This document shows positions 62,431 through 64,000 of a stretch of 64,000 bases of DNA, piece by piece. The notes beneath the pieces are model-generated. The model did no database searches and had not been told where the DNA came from. It was given only the letters and a program-made list of their open reading frames with translations. The DNA lies in NCBI RefSeq assembly GCF_040938485.1, contig NW_027270975.1, positions 2,418,001 to 2,482,000 of the forward strand, read 5' to 3'. The DNA is from Diadema antillarum (lineage: Eukaryota). A program made the position numbers and the translations under genes. Each line of letters opens with the position of its first letter. Positions within the stretch are counted from its first letter, which is position 1.

Positions 62431-63703
62431 AGATCTTCTGAGTTTGATTCCTGCTGACTGCCTAGATATGTGGATGAGATATTGCAGTCTGACCATTCCT
62501 ATCTGGACGTATCGGCACTGGCGCTCATCTAGCTAAGGAATTTGGCCGGATATGGGAGATTCATTGTTTAATACACACAGCTCCCCAACCCAATGACTTA
62601 ATAAAAATATTTCTGTCCATGTTCTTGCGGTGATTTGGGGGTAGTGCATATCTGAATGCATGTTATCTAGATGAAAATTAGATGTGAATGTATGTTATAT
62701 TGTTAATCATGTTAGGAATAATAATAACATGTAGATCGAACTTGTGAGTTTGTGTAGGAATTTTGTTTGAGTTTGAAATCCCCTCTTTTAGCATAATTAT
62801 AAGATTGAAAAACAAAAACAATCACGCCGAGATTGCATCCAGATAACAGAGAAATCCGGATAAATGGGGAACCGGATAGGAGAGGTCGGACTGTAGTTCA
62901 TTATGCCTATGATAACTTGCATTTTAAAACTGGCTACCATACATTTAGGCTCTGTCAGGGAAGTTATTGGGCCCCATTGAGAGTGATATTATCACTGAAG
63001 AGGCTACCCTGAGTAAGGAAGGCCATAACAGCACTGCTTTAATGTTGCAATGTATTTTTAGTATGAATCATTTAAAGTTACAGTGGGGTTATTTCCATCC
63101 GAGATTCCCCACAATTTGGCATAATGAGAACTCCGGACTGCCACGGGATGGGGCCCATTCACCGTCATTGCAGATTTCTCCTTCTGGATGGGAGGCTGCA
63201 TCATCCTACAATGAGATGATGATGTAGCCCATGGTTACCAGGCAACAGATGTTCCTCCACCACCACCCCACCTCTCAAAGTTGTTGTTGTCCAAATAGTC
63301 CATGTTTGATGAATCTGATGTAATTTCACATGTTTGTGAAAGAGATGGTTTGTGTTTTTTGATTTGCATTGCATTCTTGCAGCATAAGCAACTTCAAAAG
63401 GTGAGTAGATTTTGATATGTTTTTGGTGCTCATTGATAATCTGGTTGTTACCATGACAATAATTGCGCATTCGTTACTCAAGCACCTTACCAAGTGTATG
63501 GAAGAGTACTAAGTGAAAATCACAACCTTATTGTCAGAATGACTTTTACTATAAAAGTGGTTATTTTCGTGTGAGTAATTCTTTTTTTTGCGCTCGGCTG
63601 AGTAAGATGAATTTCACATGTTTTTAATTCCATGTAATCCAGAAATTTATTAGCGGAACATATAATGTGCCAAAATATTTGTGTGTTTTATCTTATTGAA
63701 AGA

Positions 63704-63734
63704 TGTGTGTGTGTGTGTGTGTGTCGGTAGGTAG

Positions 63735-63762
<28 letters not shown>
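63704..63762. repeat. Compound (TG)n/(GA)n microsatellite; other dinucleotide runs at 1815-1842, 4403-4424, 27541-27574 and 51029-51057
   Basis: Seen directly. Confidence 0.9.
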
Positions 63763-63773
<11 letters not shown>

Positions 63774-64000
63774 GAAATGCCATCCTCCTTGTCGCCTTGT
63801 TACCGGGCATCTCATGCCACAATTGATGGGCGTGGGTGGAATTACACAATCGCCGTCTCTGTATCTAAATCAAAAACCCCTTCATGAAGAGCGAATGTGA
63901 CCCTTTTTCTTCTCTCCGGCGGCTGACGGGGGCTTTCCTCCCCAAGGACACATCATTTATCTGTGCACTTAATACTTTGCATGCTTTTAATTTGATCTCT

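Overview
AT-rich, intron-type eukaryotic DNA, most likely from a marine invertebrate (echinoderm-like; organism is inferred, not shown). No host protein-coding gene could be identified with confidence. The main feature is an apparently complete 20,071-bp Academ-superfamily DNA transposon of the helicase+PHD type (AcademHP) at 18365-38435, flanked by a perfect 9-bp target-site duplication (CGGGGCAAG) with 5'-TAACC termini. It carries two convergent spliced genes whose stop codons are 2 bp apart. One is a 6-exon RecQ-family helicase (+ strand, 415 aa, intact). The other is an 11-exon Academ transposase (- strand, ~1018 aa) with two ING-like PHD fingers inside the catalytic region and a single +1 frameshift. 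Its introns hold several host MITEs. Outside it are a 2.4-kb internally deleted Kolobok-like element with a KolX first exon nested in a MITE, a 1.4-kb non-autonomous Helentron (HINE) with a 323-bp tandem array, many TTAA/TA/hAT MITEs, L2 and SINE fragments, and mini/microsatellites. All exon structures were assembled by eye from splice signals and phase compatibility; family names rest on remembered motifs, not database searches.
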